A stretch of DNA of 52,201 nucleotides from a virus. Taxonomy: Duplodnaviria > Caudoviricetes. The translations under genes and the position numbers were made by a program. Positions 10,469 through 20,341 of this stretch are shown piece by piece. The notes under the pieces are model-generated. The model made no database searches. It was not told the origin of the DNA and saw nothing but the letters and a program-made list of their open reading frames with translations. The DNA is taken from positions 1 to 52,201 of the IMG/VR virus record IMGVR_UViG_3300045970_000109; one strand, 5' to 3'. Each line of letters starts with the position of its first letter. Position 1 is the stretch's first letter.

Positions 10469-11035
10469 TTAACTCCTGGTTGTTACCTCTTGCTTAGCTG
10501 CCTTAGTGATAAAGGCCTGGAGGTCACGGAATACAAAGGTAGAAGAAAGTTCAGAAGATGTTGATTTCTTTGGATACAAGACTTCGATTGCGAAGCCATT
10601 CGTATGGAACGGGCTAATCACAGACATCCACAGAGCGGAGCCAGTAATAAAGACCAGATCAACGTTAGCAAAGTCATACTTAGGCTGATCATTCTCATCC
10701 ATAAGCATCTTGTACATTGATCGCCACACAGCCTGGAACACTGTGTCCATGTCTTTGGTAGCGGCATCGTATGGAACCTGTAAAGGAGTCCATCCTAGCG
10801 CCTGTAGTGAGAACAAGAACTTCTTATTCTTGTTTCTGTATTCGACTGACTTACCAGACATAAAGGCAAGGTCGTATTGGCTAACGCACAGGGCACCAAC
10901 GACTTCTCGGCCATTGGCAGCGTGATTGAGTAGTTCTTTGTAGTCTAAACGAACCTTTCTTCCTTCGACAGAGTTGTTAATAAACCCTGTAAGATTAGCA
11001 AGATGCGTTACAACAAGACATTGCCTGTTTGACAT
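10469..11035 (-). CDS. NYN/LabA (PIN-like) domain protein, degenerate
   Basis: Start MSNRQ after AGGAG; RLDYKELL, KDMD, DLVFITGS, GFAIEVL, SSELS...F.DL follow NYN layout. Confidence 0.55.
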   Translation of the reverse strand: MSNRQCLVVTHLANLTGFINNSVEGRKVRLDYKELLNHAANGREVVGALCVSQYDLAFMSGKSVEYRNKNKKFLFSLQALGWTPLQVPYDAATKDMDTVFQAVWRSMYKMLMDENDQPKYDFANVDLVFITGSALWMSVISPFHTNGFAIEVLYPKKSTSSELSSTFVFRDLQAFITKAAKQEVTTRS

Positions 11036-11045
11036 AGTAATTCTC

Positions 11046-11735
11046 CTATTGATTATCAGTAATATAGCGGAAGTCCCGCAGTTCGAAACTAGAGATAACA
11101 GCCAGACCAAATAATTCTGGTTTGTCTGCGTAAATGGATTGAATCCCAGAGGAGTTTGATCCTCTAGGTCGTATGGCATCGTTCACAGTAAAGTAATCAA
11201 ATAGGCTGTTTGTGATATCATGGCAGTCTATCTTATGCTTTACCTCAGCTCTACCTTTCGCGGTATAATCATTCGGTTGATCCGACGAATTATACTCGTA
11301 AACAGCGACTTTGCTTTCTAGTCGCTTAGATAGTTTGGTAGCTTGTGCTCGTCTGTATTGATCTAATGTGTAAGTCCCATGAGTGTCATTGGGATTGAAG
11401 ATGATCGGTGATGTGATGTGAGGTGAAGAAAACACAATCTCATCGTTCTCAGCTTGGAAGCAGAAATACACATGAGATAAAGGAATGTTGTAGTCTTCTA
11501 CTGAAACACTCTTTATCACAGCCTTTAGAACCTTGTTGTAGACAACAGATAAGAGTTTCTTTGATTCAAAGGGTATAGTACCTCTATAGAAGATAAAACT
11601 CCTAGGGTCTATAATACTCTCCTGAATCTGATCTTCAGTAAGTTGTGATTCAGACTGAACAACAATATACTGCTTTTTCTTTTTGTCATACAAGGATAGT
11701 TCGATAACTACTTTCTTGCACCTAGAGATCATCAT
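11046..11735 (-). CDS. hypothetical protein
   Basis: 229 aa ORF. Confidence 0.65.
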   Translation of the reverse strand: MMISRCKKVVIELSLYDKKKKQYIVVQSESQLTEDQIQESIIDPRSFIFYRGTIPFESKKLLSVVYNKVLKAVIKSVSVEDYNIPLSHVYFCFQAENDEIVFSSPHITSPIIFNPNDTHGTYTLDQYRRAQATKLSKRLESKVAVYEYNSSDQPNDYTAKGRAEVKHKIDCHDITNSLFDYFTVNDAIRPRGSNSSGIQSIYADKPELFGLAVISSFELRDFRYITDNQ

Positions 11736-12507
11736 TGTTGTAACTCATACTTAAGATATGAGGATTGGCCTTAACACGCTCATGCCAGGCCTGAAAGAAG
11801 GTTTCATCTGGAGTATAACCATACTTCAGATACTTATGGAATCTCTTAACACTACAAAGCTGTTGTGGGATAAGCATTGGCTCTGTTGAGAATGCCATCT
11901 TTCTCATAGCTACATGAGTTAAGAAGTGTGGAGGAAGTCTAACTTCAGACACGGCTAAAATATCTCCCAAGACTGTAAACTCAACACCAGCCTTGCAGAT
12001 AGTCATGTCAAAAGAACTTAACACTTCATCTAAAGAGGATGCATAAGTATCAGCAAACCTAGAGGTTTGATTGACATTTGCAGGCTCTCTGTTAGGGAAG
12101 TCATTATCATACTTCAGAGAGATTACTTGCACTTCTGAACCGCCATCATAAATCCTTTGGAGATTAGCCTTACCGATGCTAATACTTCCACCTATATGAG
12201 CGTAAGTCTCGGCTATGATTTTTTTGGTAATGTTCAATACCTTGAAGGTAGAAAAAGGATTCTCTAGCTCCATAATAAACTGGGCTGGAAACCTACCAAG
12301 TAACTCATCATGTTCATCTTCAGTCCCTAAGACATACAGATCAAGGTCCTTGACCTCAGTCTTATCAAAGAGACTACGAATTGCACCGCCAGCTAAACAA
12401 TACTTGCCATCTGATAGCAAGTCTAGAGCAGCTAAATAGTGCATATAGTTCTCTACACCGGAATCAAACTCAAAGATTCCAGTTCTTGCATTGTTTACAG
12501 CATACAT
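11722..12507 (-). CDS. nucleotidyltransferase (CCA-adding/poly(A) polymerase-like catalytic head)
   Basis: LAGGAIRS...KDLDLY, FDMTICK, RFHKYLKYGY. Confidence 0.75.
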   Translation of the reverse strand: MYAVNNARTGIFEFDSGVENYMHYLAALDLLSDGKYCLAGGAIRSLFDKTEVKDLDLYVLGTEDEHDELLGRFPAQFIMELENPFSTFKVLNITKKIIAETYAHIGGSISIGKANLQRIYDGGSEVQVISLKYDNDFPNREPANVNQTSRFADTYASSLDEVLSSFDMTICKAGVEFTVLGDILAVSEVRLPPHFLTHVAMRKMAFSTEPMLIPQQLCSVKRFHKYLKYGYTPDETFFQAWHERVKANPHILSMSYNNDDL

Positions 12508-13166
12508 TACAACTCCAGTAATGCTTTCGTAGATACAGGAAAGGCTTGTTCTACAATTTGTTTGAAGGCGAATCCGTAATCCTGAATTTCACGCTGAGCA
12601 TGGCTATCTGTGCGTAGTTTAACAAAGTGAACAAATGCCTGGAGACTACCAGACATAAAGAACTCTGTGTTCATACCCTGTGGTAGAATTGTTCTAGCCT
12701 GTTCGCGGCAAACACCTGATTCAATCAGGTCATTGTAAAGGTTAAGAGACTCTTGATAATGATGATTCATTTCTCCTAGTAAAAAGAACTCCTCATCTAC
12801 CGATTCATCCTTCGAACCCTGCTTAACATTATCAGCAGCTTTTCTAAGAGATGATGGAACATACCAATCATCAGCGGTTTGAACATAACGCCCCGAAATA
12901 GTGTTGATACTAATACCAACTTGATGTTTGTCGAACTGGCCCTTAACAAAGAGCGGACATTTTACATGAACACTGAGAAAGGCATGTCGAAAAGGGCTCG
13001 TATGTCCGTGTTTCGCAAGATAATAGATGAGTTTTTCATCTTCCGGCTCAAATACCGTCTTCCTTTTGCCCGTAGAGACTCTAGCAGCGTTCACAACAGA
13101 CAAGTCATTGCCCATTGTATCTACTAGCTCTACAAAACCGTTATTCCCTACTTGAATCGTTGTCAT
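12507..13166 (-). CDS. thyX: flavin-dependent thymidylate synthase
   Basis: VVNAARVS, HTSPF, KHQ-x7-SGRY, REQARTILP, LRTDSHAQREI. Confidence 0.93.
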   Translation of the reverse strand: MTTIQVGNNGFVELVDTMGNDLSVVNAARVSTGKRKTVFEPEDEKLIYYLAKHGHTSPFRHAFLSVHVKCPLFVKGQFDKHQVGISINTISGRYVQTADDWYVPSSLRKAADNVKQGSKDESVDEEFFLLGEMNHHYQESLNLYNDLIESGVCREQARTILPQGMNTEFFMSGSLQAFVHFVKLRTDSHAQREIQDYGFAFKQIVEQAFPVSTKALLEL

Positions 13167-13389
13167 CTTTAACCACCGTTAGAATACCCTTGACATTTGT
13201 GTGTGCCTTTTGAATGGCGATTGTTATAAGTAGTAGAATACCTACCTGTGGCCACTTAACAGGAGTCTCACACATGAGAAATACAGCGTAAACAATTGCT
13301 ACTAGCTGTGCAGGAGGAAGAAGTAAGCCTAAAACTTTAGACAAACTTACCTCCCAGACCCGTGGATAGGGTCGAGTTTTGAACTTCAT
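13141..13389 (-). CDS. small membrane protein
   Basis: two hydrophobic segments. Confidence 0.6.
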   Translation of the reverse strand: MKFKTRPYPRVWEVSLSKVLGLLLPPAQLVAIVYAVFLMCETPVKWPQVGILLLITIAIQKAHTNVKGILTVVKDDNDSSRE

Positions 13390-13397
13390 GAGTTCTC

Positions 13398-13712
13398 CTA
13401 GTGGTTAGTATTGATTCTCTTAGTCCACATTAAAGCATCAGCAAACTCAGCGTCTTCAGCGAGTAGTGCCTGGTGCTTCTCTGCTAGATTCTTGGCTTTG
13501 ACAAACTTCTCAATGGAGTTATTATTGAGCCAGCTTGTAATCACCTTGGTCTGAGACTTGGTAAAGGACTCTGGAGCCTGCTTATACATTGAAATTACTT
13601 TCAGTGTAGAGGCTACTTCAGAAAACTCTGGGACATGAGTATCGTCAATCCAGTCAACAAGATCGAATTCCATCTTAACTACGATGGTCTTTTTAGTCTG
13701 TTTCTTTCTCAT
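13398..13712 (-). CDS. hypothetical protein
   Basis: start MRKKQ after GGAGG. Confidence 0.6.
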   Translation of the reverse strand: MRKKQTKKTIVVKMEFDLVDWIDDTHVPEFSEVASTLKVISMYKQAPESFTKSQTKVITSWLNNNSIEKFVKAKNLAEKHQALLAEDAEFADALMWTKRINTNH

Positions 13713-13968
13713 TATCAAGTCCTCCAGGAGAGTTATTAACTGCGTCTGTCCATGCAAATAGAGCCCTAGTTCCAGATTGCTTAGTAGCAATGCCTACGAA
13801 GCGCATTAACTCTTCTAACTCTGGTGTAATCATAAGGTTTTCAACTTCTGCTACAGCATAGGGATCTTCAGCTCCTTTTAGGGCCTCAATCATAGCCATT
13901 ACAAAGTCATCTAAACCTTCAAGAGGCACCGGAGCAGTTGAACTCAGTTTCTTCTTACCCTTCATCAT
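13693..13968 (-). CDS. hypothetical protein
   Basis: 91 aa ORF after AGGAG. Confidence 0.6.
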   Translation of the reverse strand: MMKGKKKLSSTAPVPLEGLDDFVMAMIEALKGAEDPYAVAEVENLMITPELEELMRFVGIATKQSGTRALFAWTDAVNNSPGGLDNEKETD

Positions 13969-14143
13969 CGCATGCTCCTTAACTTAGTTGTATTTTTCAA
14001 GGCCCATTAGAAGAACAACAATAGCTCCTACTGCCATAAAGAGATTTAGCATCGCTTTAATAAATACTTTGCGTAGTGGCCTTTGTTTAGTCTTCTGAAA
14101 AACCTGGTCTAATTTTTTGTCATACTCAGATTTATCGTGCATG

Positions 14144-14602
14144 TCAGGTCACCTTCCACTCTTTATATTCGCCGTCCCGAGTGAAGAACCTAACTACAGA
14201 TATTTCTGACCTTTTAATAAGCGTCTGGCACAGCTCGCAAGGAGCAGAGGCAGCAGGCGTTCCATCAGCACCTTCTCTATAGATGTAGAGAATTAGCTTC
14301 TTCTTGGCGTAGTTGGGACTATACTTGATCTTGTCTAACGCACATTGTTCAGCGTGTGTAGCCTTGCTATACTCAACAATCTTGTTAGATATTACTTTGA
14401 TGAACTTGTTGTCTGGCCTACTTTTGTAATACTGATTGAAACCAATAGAAAGGAGTCTGCTGCCGGCAAAGATAGCAGCTCCCATTCGCTCTCTTTTCAG
14501 ATCGCCATCGGAATAAGATGAGGCCACTTTCGCGGCCTCAAATCCCTTTTGTAGTCTAGCTGGCAGTTCGTCTAACGAGTAAACCTTGTTATCTACCGCC
14601 AC
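14144..14602 (-). CDS. zinc-dependent deaminase (cytidine/dCMP/TadA-like fold)
   Basis: HAE and PCELC zinc motifs. Confidence 0.85.
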   Translation of the reverse strand: MAVDNKVYSLDELPARLQKGFEAAKVASSYSDGDLKRERMGAAIFAGSRLLSIGFNQYYKSRPDNKFIKVISNKIVEYSKATHAEQCALDKIKYSPNYAKKKLILYIYREGADGTPAASAPCELCQTLIKRSEISVVRFFTRDGEYKEWKVT

Positions 14603-14798
14603 ACCAACCTCCAGTTTTGTTCATAATAGCTTCTCGTTCATGTACTCTAGCATTGACGCGGTTGATGATGATATCCAGATCTTTTTCCATACTCTGGAGA
14701 ACATTAATAGTAGAAGGATTTGCATCCTCTTTAACACAGATGAGCTGTGTCTTATGTGTCTGTTCTTTCAACGCTACTAAAGCACCGAGAAAGCTCAT
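14589..14798 (-). CDS. hypothetical protein
   Basis: 69 aa ORF coupled to neighbours. Confidence 0.5.
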   Translation of the reverse strand: MSFLGALVALKEQTHKTQLICVKEDANPSTINVLQSMEKDLDIIINRVNARVHEREAIMNKTGGWCGGR

Positions 14799-15520
14799 TA
14801 GAACCCCATGTCTTTATACTGCTTTGCAGCAGTCATTACCCTTAAAGGATATGCGAAATTAGGAACATTAACTCTAGCATCCTTCTTACCAAGAAGTGTA
14901 GCAGAGTTATTTCCGCCCCAAAAATAGTTGTGCAGTGCAAAGGTATAGTTACTGGGTTCAGCAACTTCAAGTTCTACATACTGTGCTTGTAGATCAGCAA
15001 GGTAACTAATCCCAACAATAACAGCTGTAGTAGGATTGTACAGTTCATCAGAACTAGTAGATTTTCTCTCTACCCTAAGATATGGTTTGGCAGTTGCAGG
15101 CATAACCTGCATAAGGCCCTTAGCACCAACATTGGAAGTGGCTTTGTAATACCAACCACTCTCAACTTCAATCAATCCCATTGCAACATGCAAGGGAATT
15201 TCCTTGGCAGCACACATCATAAGCAGCGTGTTGCACATTTCAACCTTTGTTTCGGTTGGTAAGTGTGGCACCTTTTTAGCATCACAAGCTTCGTCTAACT
15301 TCTCGTTAACCACTTTAAGCAGTTTTCCAGGAAGCCCTTGTTTTTCTAAGGCAACTAAGACAAGAGCCTGATTATCCTTTGCAACGCGTAGTTCACTCAT
15401 TACGTGTTGGTAGCCCCACACGCCTGCTCCAGCAACCAGAATTGGTGCGAGAATAGCAGTTAGCGCGTTTAGGCGGATCATCGACCTTATCTTCTTTTCG
15501 AATAGTTCAAGAACACTCAT
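14798..15520 (-). CDS. lytic transglycosylase (SLT domain) with N-terminal membrane anchor
   Basis: IEVESG, GAKGLMQVMPAT, LYNP; hydrophobic N-terminal helix. Confidence 0.9.
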   Translation of the reverse strand: MSVLELFEKKIRSMIRLNALTAILAPILVAGAGVWGYQHVMSELRVAKDNQALVLVALEKQGLPGKLLKVVNEKLDEACDAKKVPHLPTETKVEMCNTLLMMCAAKEIPLHVAMGLIEVESGWYYKATSNVGAKGLMQVMPATAKPYLRVERKSTSSDELYNPTTAVIVGISYLADLQAQYVELEVAEPSNYTFALHNYFWGGNNSATLLGKKDARVNVPNFAYPLRVMTAAKQYKDMGF

Positions 15521-15613
15521 AAAACTCCTTAAAATAGTTTACGGCGGGATGAGTTAAAACTGAGGCCCATCCCGCCGTATGTCTATTTAATTCACTTCAA
15601 ACCCGCGTAGTTG

Positions 15614-16219
15614 TTACTCAGCGGTTTCTTCAGCGGCTTCGCCACGGAGACGAATGTGACCGTCAGCGTCAACACCACGACCTTCGGCAATCTTCATGGC
15701 AGCAGCGACAACGGTGTCGGTGTCGAGGTCCTTGAAGGTTTCGAGAGCGAGGTTGAAACCAGCGAGAAGCATTTCGTTGGTGATTTCACCATCTTCGCTA
15801 GCAGTAGCGAAGCGGCAAGCGAGCTTAGCAGCAGAGCTGATAGCGAACTTGGTCTGCTTGGTCTTGAAGCCATCGCCCTTCTTGGCACGAACAGTAGGCT
15901 CCTTGATCTTAGCGGTAGCAAGAGCAGCTACAGCGTTGTTAACGTAATCGGTAACGGTCACGCCATTGGTTTCGAGGTAAGCGAGAACTTCCTCACCCTT
16001 GGGGAAACCCTTGAGGCGAGAAGTGAGGCTCTCTTCTACCTTGTTGGCAGGAGCGTTGAAGTTCTTACCCATCTCAACCACACCACGAAGAGTTTCGATA
16101 CCCTTGCGAGAAACGGTGATCTGGCCATCGGCGTCAGTGTTGCCAGCGATAGCAACGCTCATGTTAACGCGCTCGGAACCAGTGTTGATAAGAGAAAGAG
16201 TGATGTTAGATGCGGTCAT
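15614..16219 (-). CDS. hypothetical protein
   Basis: start MTASN after AAGGAGG; strongly biased codons. Confidence 0.7.
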   Translation of the reverse strand: MTASNITLSLINTGSERVNMSVAIAGNTDADGQITVSRKGIETLRGVVEMGKNFNAPANKVEESLTSRLKGFPKGEEVLAYLETNGVTVTDYVNNAVAALATAKIKEPTVRAKKGDGFKTKQTKFAISSAAKLACRFATASEDGEITNEMLLAGFNLALETFKDLDTDTVVAAAMKIAEGRGVDADGHIRLRGEAAEETAE

Positions 16220-16283
16220 GGTGACCTCCTTAAAAGTTTGTATTCGGGAGTTACTAATAATACTCGTACTAATGAGTTTACTA

Positions 16284-16490
16284 CTACACGTTTCTTGAGC
16301 TGACAATCTGATAACTGTTCTTCATGTCGCGCACTTCAACGTGCCTTACTTCGTTCATAACATGAGGGCCGGCAAAGCCTCTCGCTAGTGCTTGCATGGC
16401 GGCTGTATCAGCTTCTGCAATAGAAGCAAAGACACCAACATTGGCACCGTTAATTGTAGCCATATAGCGTAGTTCGTTCGTATCTGACAT
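16284..16490 (-). CDS. hypothetical protein
   Basis: 68 aa ORF. Confidence 0.55.
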   Translation of the reverse strand: MSDTNELRYMATINGANVGVFASIAEADTAAMQALARGFAGPHVMNEVRHVEVRDMKNSYQIVSSRNV

Positions 16491-16491
16491 T

Positions 16492-17046
16492 TTAGATCCC
16501 TAAAGTAGCGATATTGGTTCCAGCGGGTTGTTCGGAAACATCAAAGTGCTCAAAGCAAAACTTTGGTAATCCGCTGGCAAGTCCCATAATAGCTACCATG
16601 TTACAGTAGGCTTTAAAACCAGATTTCCACAAATTGTGTTTCTTGAGATAACCACTCACTGTGATATGGTTAACTGGCTTGCATTCCTTGTTATCATTCA
16701 AGAACATCTCATATGCAATATGAGAATTCTCTTTAGATAACTCAGATATCAGAAGCATAACGATTAAGCTAGTCATTTTAGATGATCTAGACTTAAACAC
16801 GCTTCTGAACAGGAATTCGTATGCAGCGTCTTCAGTCTTAAAGGATGCTATCTCAGACTTATGTTTATGACCATAGTCATCGTCTGTTAGTGAACCTTTA
16901 AGTAGAGAAGTGTTTGCAAACTTACTAGACCAGGAATAGGAAGTATCCGTGCTGGTCCTAATGTAACAAGCTGTAGGCAAGTAAAGAATTGTCCAAAAAG
17001 GCTTCTTTGACGCCCTCTTTTTAACAGGCTTTTTCTTGGTAGCCAT
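16492..17046 (-). CDS. LYLPTG-family paralog
   Basis: ILYLPTACYI near N-terminus, EHFDV near C-terminus. Confidence 0.65.
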   Translation of the reverse strand: MATKKKPVKKRASKKPFWTILYLPTACYIRTSTDTSYSWSSKFANTSLLKGSLTDDDYGHKHKSEIASFKTEDAAYEFLFRSVFKSRSSKMTSLIVMLLISELSKENSHIAYEMFLNDNKECKPVNHITVSGYLKKHNLWKSGFKAYCNMVAIMGLASGLPKFCFEHFDVSEQPAGTNIATLGI

Positions 17047-17240
17047 TACTTAACCTTTGTTGATTTGACGAAAGGGTTAATAACCTCTTCAAATGTGAAA
17101 GTCACTGACCTGTCAACAGGTCTAACAGAAGTGAGTTCATAACCCTTGTCAATCTTTTCGTGGTACTTAGTGCGGACGAAATCTCTAACCGCCTGGCATA
17201 CCTCTTCTTGTGAAAGAACTACTGTTCTAGAAGATAACAT
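17046..17240 (-). CDS. hypothetical protein
   Basis: 64 aa ORF. Confidence 0.55.
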   Translation of the reverse strand: MLSSRTVVLSQEEVCQAVRDFVRTKYHEKIDKGYELTSVRPVDRSVTFTFEEVINPFVKSTKVK

Positions 17241-17763
17241 GTTGACCCTCCTTTACAATGGCCTCGACTACGCCCTCTAGGGCTTTATGTAAGTCTTCTA
17301 AGGAACCATCATTGGTAATAGTGAAATGGAAGTGGTAGTCATCAGGAAAACCATTCTCGGATGAGTGGGAATCAGTAATAGATTCGCCTGGGCGTCTTTC
17401 CTGTCTGACTTCGTTACCTGCTAGAAGATGAATGATGTAAAATCCGTCATCTTTACCAGCATTGAGTTCATTTTCATACCTACCATCTGTAACATAGACA
17501 TTAGCTTCTTTAGCAATGGCATACGCCTTGTCCATACAGACTTGAATGAAAATGTTTGGGTTGATTGCTCTAAAGTAATCACCCATTGTAGTAAGGAATA
17601 CCCTATCTTTGTAAGGTTCGATACCCATTGCCTTCTGACAGAAATACATCATGTCATATAACGGCTGAGCAAAGCTCATGGTATAACCACCGTACTGTTT
17701 TACTAAGAAAGAAGCTGCGGCATCTTTTCCGCTACCCTTCTTTCCGGCAAGCATTATTCTCAT
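17227..17763 (-). CDS. deoxynucleoside monophosphate kinase
   Basis: GKKGSGKD P-loop, SFAQPLY, TDGRYENE, HSSE, ITNDGS. Confidence 0.88.
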   Translation of the reverse strand: MRIMLAGKKGSGKDAAASFLVKQYGGYTMSFAQPLYDMMYFCQKAMGIEPYKDRVFLTTMGDYFRAINPNIFIQVCMDKAYAIAKEANVYVTDGRYENELNAGKDDGFYIIHLLAGNEVRQERRPGESITDSHSSENGFPDDYHFHFTITNDGSLEDLHKALEGVVEAIVKEGQHVIF

Positions 17764-17818
17764 CTAGCTCCTTTCTGAATTAACTGTATATTAGATACAG
17801 TTGGTGGAAGTTATAATT

Positions 17819-18250
17819 ATGAAGAAACAGGCAGTAAAACCAAAGACTAAGTTGTTAACTAACTCTCTAGTTACTACCGGAAGAAGTCAAGGTGAGGAAA
17901 TCATTATTGCCTTATTGAGGGTGGCGTTCCCAGGACTTAAGATCGAAAGAAACGATAAGTCTGTTTTAGGCAGGCAAGAAATTGATATTCACCTTGTGGA
18001 CTATAAGATTGCTATCGAATGCGATGGAATCACTCATTCCAAGCCTATTTATGGGCAAAAGCGGTTTGAGGAGTCTGTAGCAAGGGATATTAAAAAGGAA
18101 GCCCGTCTTGCTGAATTGGGCTTCCTATTATATCGGGTAGATATCGGTGAAGTGGAAAAGGAAAAGTTGTATTCTTTTATCAAGAACTATATGAATACCA
18201 ACCTAATACCACAATTGAAAGAAGTTATCGTAAAGCGAGTTCCTTCTTGA
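17819..18250 (+). CDS. PD-(D/E)xK DUF559/Vsr-like endonuclease (free-standing)
   Basis: EIDIHL..YKIAIECDGITH, RDIKK...LGF. Confidence 0.75.
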   Translation: MKKQAVKPKTKLLTNSLVTTGRSQGEEIIIALLRVAFPGLKIERNDKSVLGRQEIDIHLVDYKIAIECDGITHSKPIYGQKRFEESVARDIKKEARLAELGFLLYRVDIGEVEKEKLYSFIKNYMNTNLIPQLKEVIVKRVPS

Positions 18251-19211
18251 CATACGACATCTGAGTAGACTTATACCAGTTGTCTAGATAGTCCATGTCA
18301 ATGTTCTCCTGAAGAGTGCTATTTGGCATTGAGTTATCCATAAGAAGGTTATAACCCACTTCCAACAGCGTTTGGGCCATCTCAAACGTACAAGCCTCAT
18401 TGAATCTAATGTCTCGTAAGGCACTTCTTACTGGTTCAGGTCTTGGGAAAACTAATTCTCCTGTAGTTAACAGTTCGTTTGCTTCGTCAATAATACGAAG
18501 AGCGTTATACATAGCTTTGCGATCAAAAGCACCACCTTCGGCAGCTTTCTTAGCTCGCTCTCCATAACGACTAATCATCGTTTCTATACGACTCTTCCAC
18601 TCATTGAATGGAACTAAACACTCAAACTGTTTATCAAGAATCTTGTAATAAGTAACAGGCTGACCGCCACTGTTAATCTTTTCGCCCCTCGTTATCAGAG
18701 TTGGATACTGCTCACATATCTTAGGAAGACCTACTGATGCATATTTACCATCAGTATAATCTTCACCAGTAGTGTCAGTAGTGACTGAATGGTATTTAGC
18801 CCAATAAATCATATCATCTTTGATAGCTCGGAGCATATTAAGAGAATTACCCTTTTCAGAATAAACCCTTGCCTGGGTCTTTGCATAATCTGCAAAGGGA
18901 GTGATGTTCTTACTCACCAGACAGTGTTTATTCGCACGGAGTTCTTCCCATACTGGGGAAGTCTCTATGATAAACTCCTTTGGCGTAAATAACATCTCTA
19001 TAGCGTTGGTTTGCTGTTGACCTAACAACAAGGCAAACCTTTTCAAACTCATGTGTTCAGTATCAGGGTCATAGGTGCGGAAACAATCATCAGCACCCGT
19101 AATCAGCTCTGACAGAGAGTGTGCGAAGACAACTTTATAGTCCCGGTCCGATTTTTCATAGTTGGTTCCATATAAGTGTGAGCCATGCAATGTTTGTACT
19201 ACAACCTTCAC
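18225..19211 (-). CDS. Pol-beta superfamily nucleotidyltransferase (T4 NrdC.11/RlaP-like)
   Basis: HGSHLYGT...SDRDYK, NAIEMLF, KAMYNALR, TGELVFPRP. Confidence 0.8.
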   Translation of the reverse strand: MKVVVQTLHGSHLYGTNYEKSDRDYKVVFAHSLSELITGADDCFRTYDPDTEHMSLKRFALLLGQQQTNAIEMLFTPKEFIIETSPVWEELRANKHCLVSKNITPFADYAKTQARVYSEKGNSLNMLRAIKDDMIYWAKYHSVTTDTTGEDYTDGKYASVGLPKICEQYPTLITRGEKINSGGQPVTYYKILDKQFECLVPFNEWKSRIETMISRYGERAKKAAEGGAFDRKAMYNALRIIDEANELLTTGELVFPRPEPVRSALRDIRFNEACTFEMAQTLLEVGYNLLMDNSMPNSTLQENIDMDYLDNWYKSTQMSYVKKELALR

Positions 19212-19855
19212 GATTTCTCCTTTTTAGAATCAAAGTATGCTTTACGTGAAGCCCTCATCTTAGCTTTAGATTCTTCAGAAACTACTTTGGAGGTTGGTTT
19301 ACCTACCAAAGCTCTACTAATCTTTCTTCTAGTTTCTTTAGACTGAATCTTTCCTGTCATTGGTGAAGGCTTACCTTTATTGGCCCGACTTATTTTCTCT
19401 CTTGTCTCTTCGGAATTGAGTTTACCTCTCCTATGCGTGTTACCCAGCAACCTTGCGCTGGTTTGTTCCTTAACTTCTTTTGTACTTGGTATACCTTTTC
19501 TATATGTATTACCCATAAGAGAGTTGCTTATCTTTTCCTTCGCTTCTTTAGAATGAACAGAACCTAAAGTAGACCCAGCTGTTGGAGATATGTTATATTT
19601 TGGTTTGTAGTTGTCTATTGCTCGTTGTTCATACAGTAACAAATTAACTTTGCTACAATACAAAAGAATAACAAACGTAAAAGCATTTTCGCCATATTTA
19701 TACCAAGCATTTTGAAGTATAGGGGAATGGTGAGTTCCCTTATTTAATCTTCGTTTGTGTTCTTTCCAACGCTTGTTTAAGTTAACAGCACTACCAACAT
19801 ACAAGTCATTGGTAGTTGTATTTATTATTTTATATATTCCAGTAATTCTAATCAT
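19208..19855 (-). CDS. GIY-YIG homing endonuclease with NUMOD3 repeats
   Basis: GIYKI...YVGSA, repeated SEETREKIS-type units. Confidence 0.92.
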   Translation of the reverse strand: MIRITGIYKIINTTTNDLYVGSAVNLNKRWKEHKRRLNKGTHHSPILQNAWYKYGENAFTFVILLYCSKVNLLLYEQRAIDNYKPKYNISPTAGSTLGSVHSKEAKEKISNSLMGNTYRKGIPSTKEVKEQTSARLLGNTHRRGKLNSEETREKISRANKGKPSPMTGKIQSKETRRKISRALVGKPTSKVVSEESKAKMRASRKAYFDSKKEKS

Positions 19856-19903
19856 GTAGTTAATTCTGTTCTTCTACAGCCGGTTTAAATAGAGTTTTAA
19901 TAT

Positions 19904-20104
19904 CTATCCCAAGAGCCTCTTATCAAAGAAGTCCTTGTAGTATGGACTCTGGTCAATGAGATCCGCAGCGGCCCTGAGAAGGTCTTGCGGTGTAATTGCT
20001 TCTGTAACCCTAACCGTGTCATCATTCTGGTCTTCGCCAGTAACAATGACCTTGACATAGGAATGAAGACTACCTTCTTCACAATATTTAAACTCTACTG
20101 ACAT
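19904..20104 (-). CDS. hypothetical protein
   Basis: start MSVEF after AGGAG. Confidence 0.5.
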   Translation of the reverse strand: MSVEFKYCEEGSLHSYVKVIVTGEDQNDDTVRVTEAITPQDLLRAAADLIDQSPYYKDFFDKRLLG

Positions 20105-20333
20105 TTTTACTCCTATAATATCTTTTAGCCCAACTACGAGAACCTGCATGACGCCTACTTTTACCAGCTTCTAAGATTCTAAAATCTACAGCATGTTTTG
20201 CTTGTGCAATACAATCTTCTTCTGTTGGCATAGAAGTTGGGTCATACCAGATCTTACCTTTACGGTGAAGTTCCCACTCATACCAACCATATTTATCCAG
20301 TATTGTAATAATTTTCCAACCACGATATATCAT
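20088..20333 (-). CDS. hypothetical protein
   Basis: start MIYRG after AGGAG. Confidence 0.55.
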   Translation of the reverse strand: MIYRGWKIITILDKYGWYEWELHRKGKIWYDPTSMPTEEDCIAQAKHAVDFRILEAGKSRRHAGSRSWAKRYYRSKNVSRV

Positions 20334-20341
20334 GTAATCTC

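Noticed and set aside
12507-13166. ThyX motif KHQ instead of RHR
   Set aside because: Ser and Arg of the motif are retained; looks like ordinary family variation.
19208-19855. Homing endonucleases inside group I introns (also 34851 and 40518)
   Set aside because: Flanking genes look complete and there is no room for a ribozyme core.
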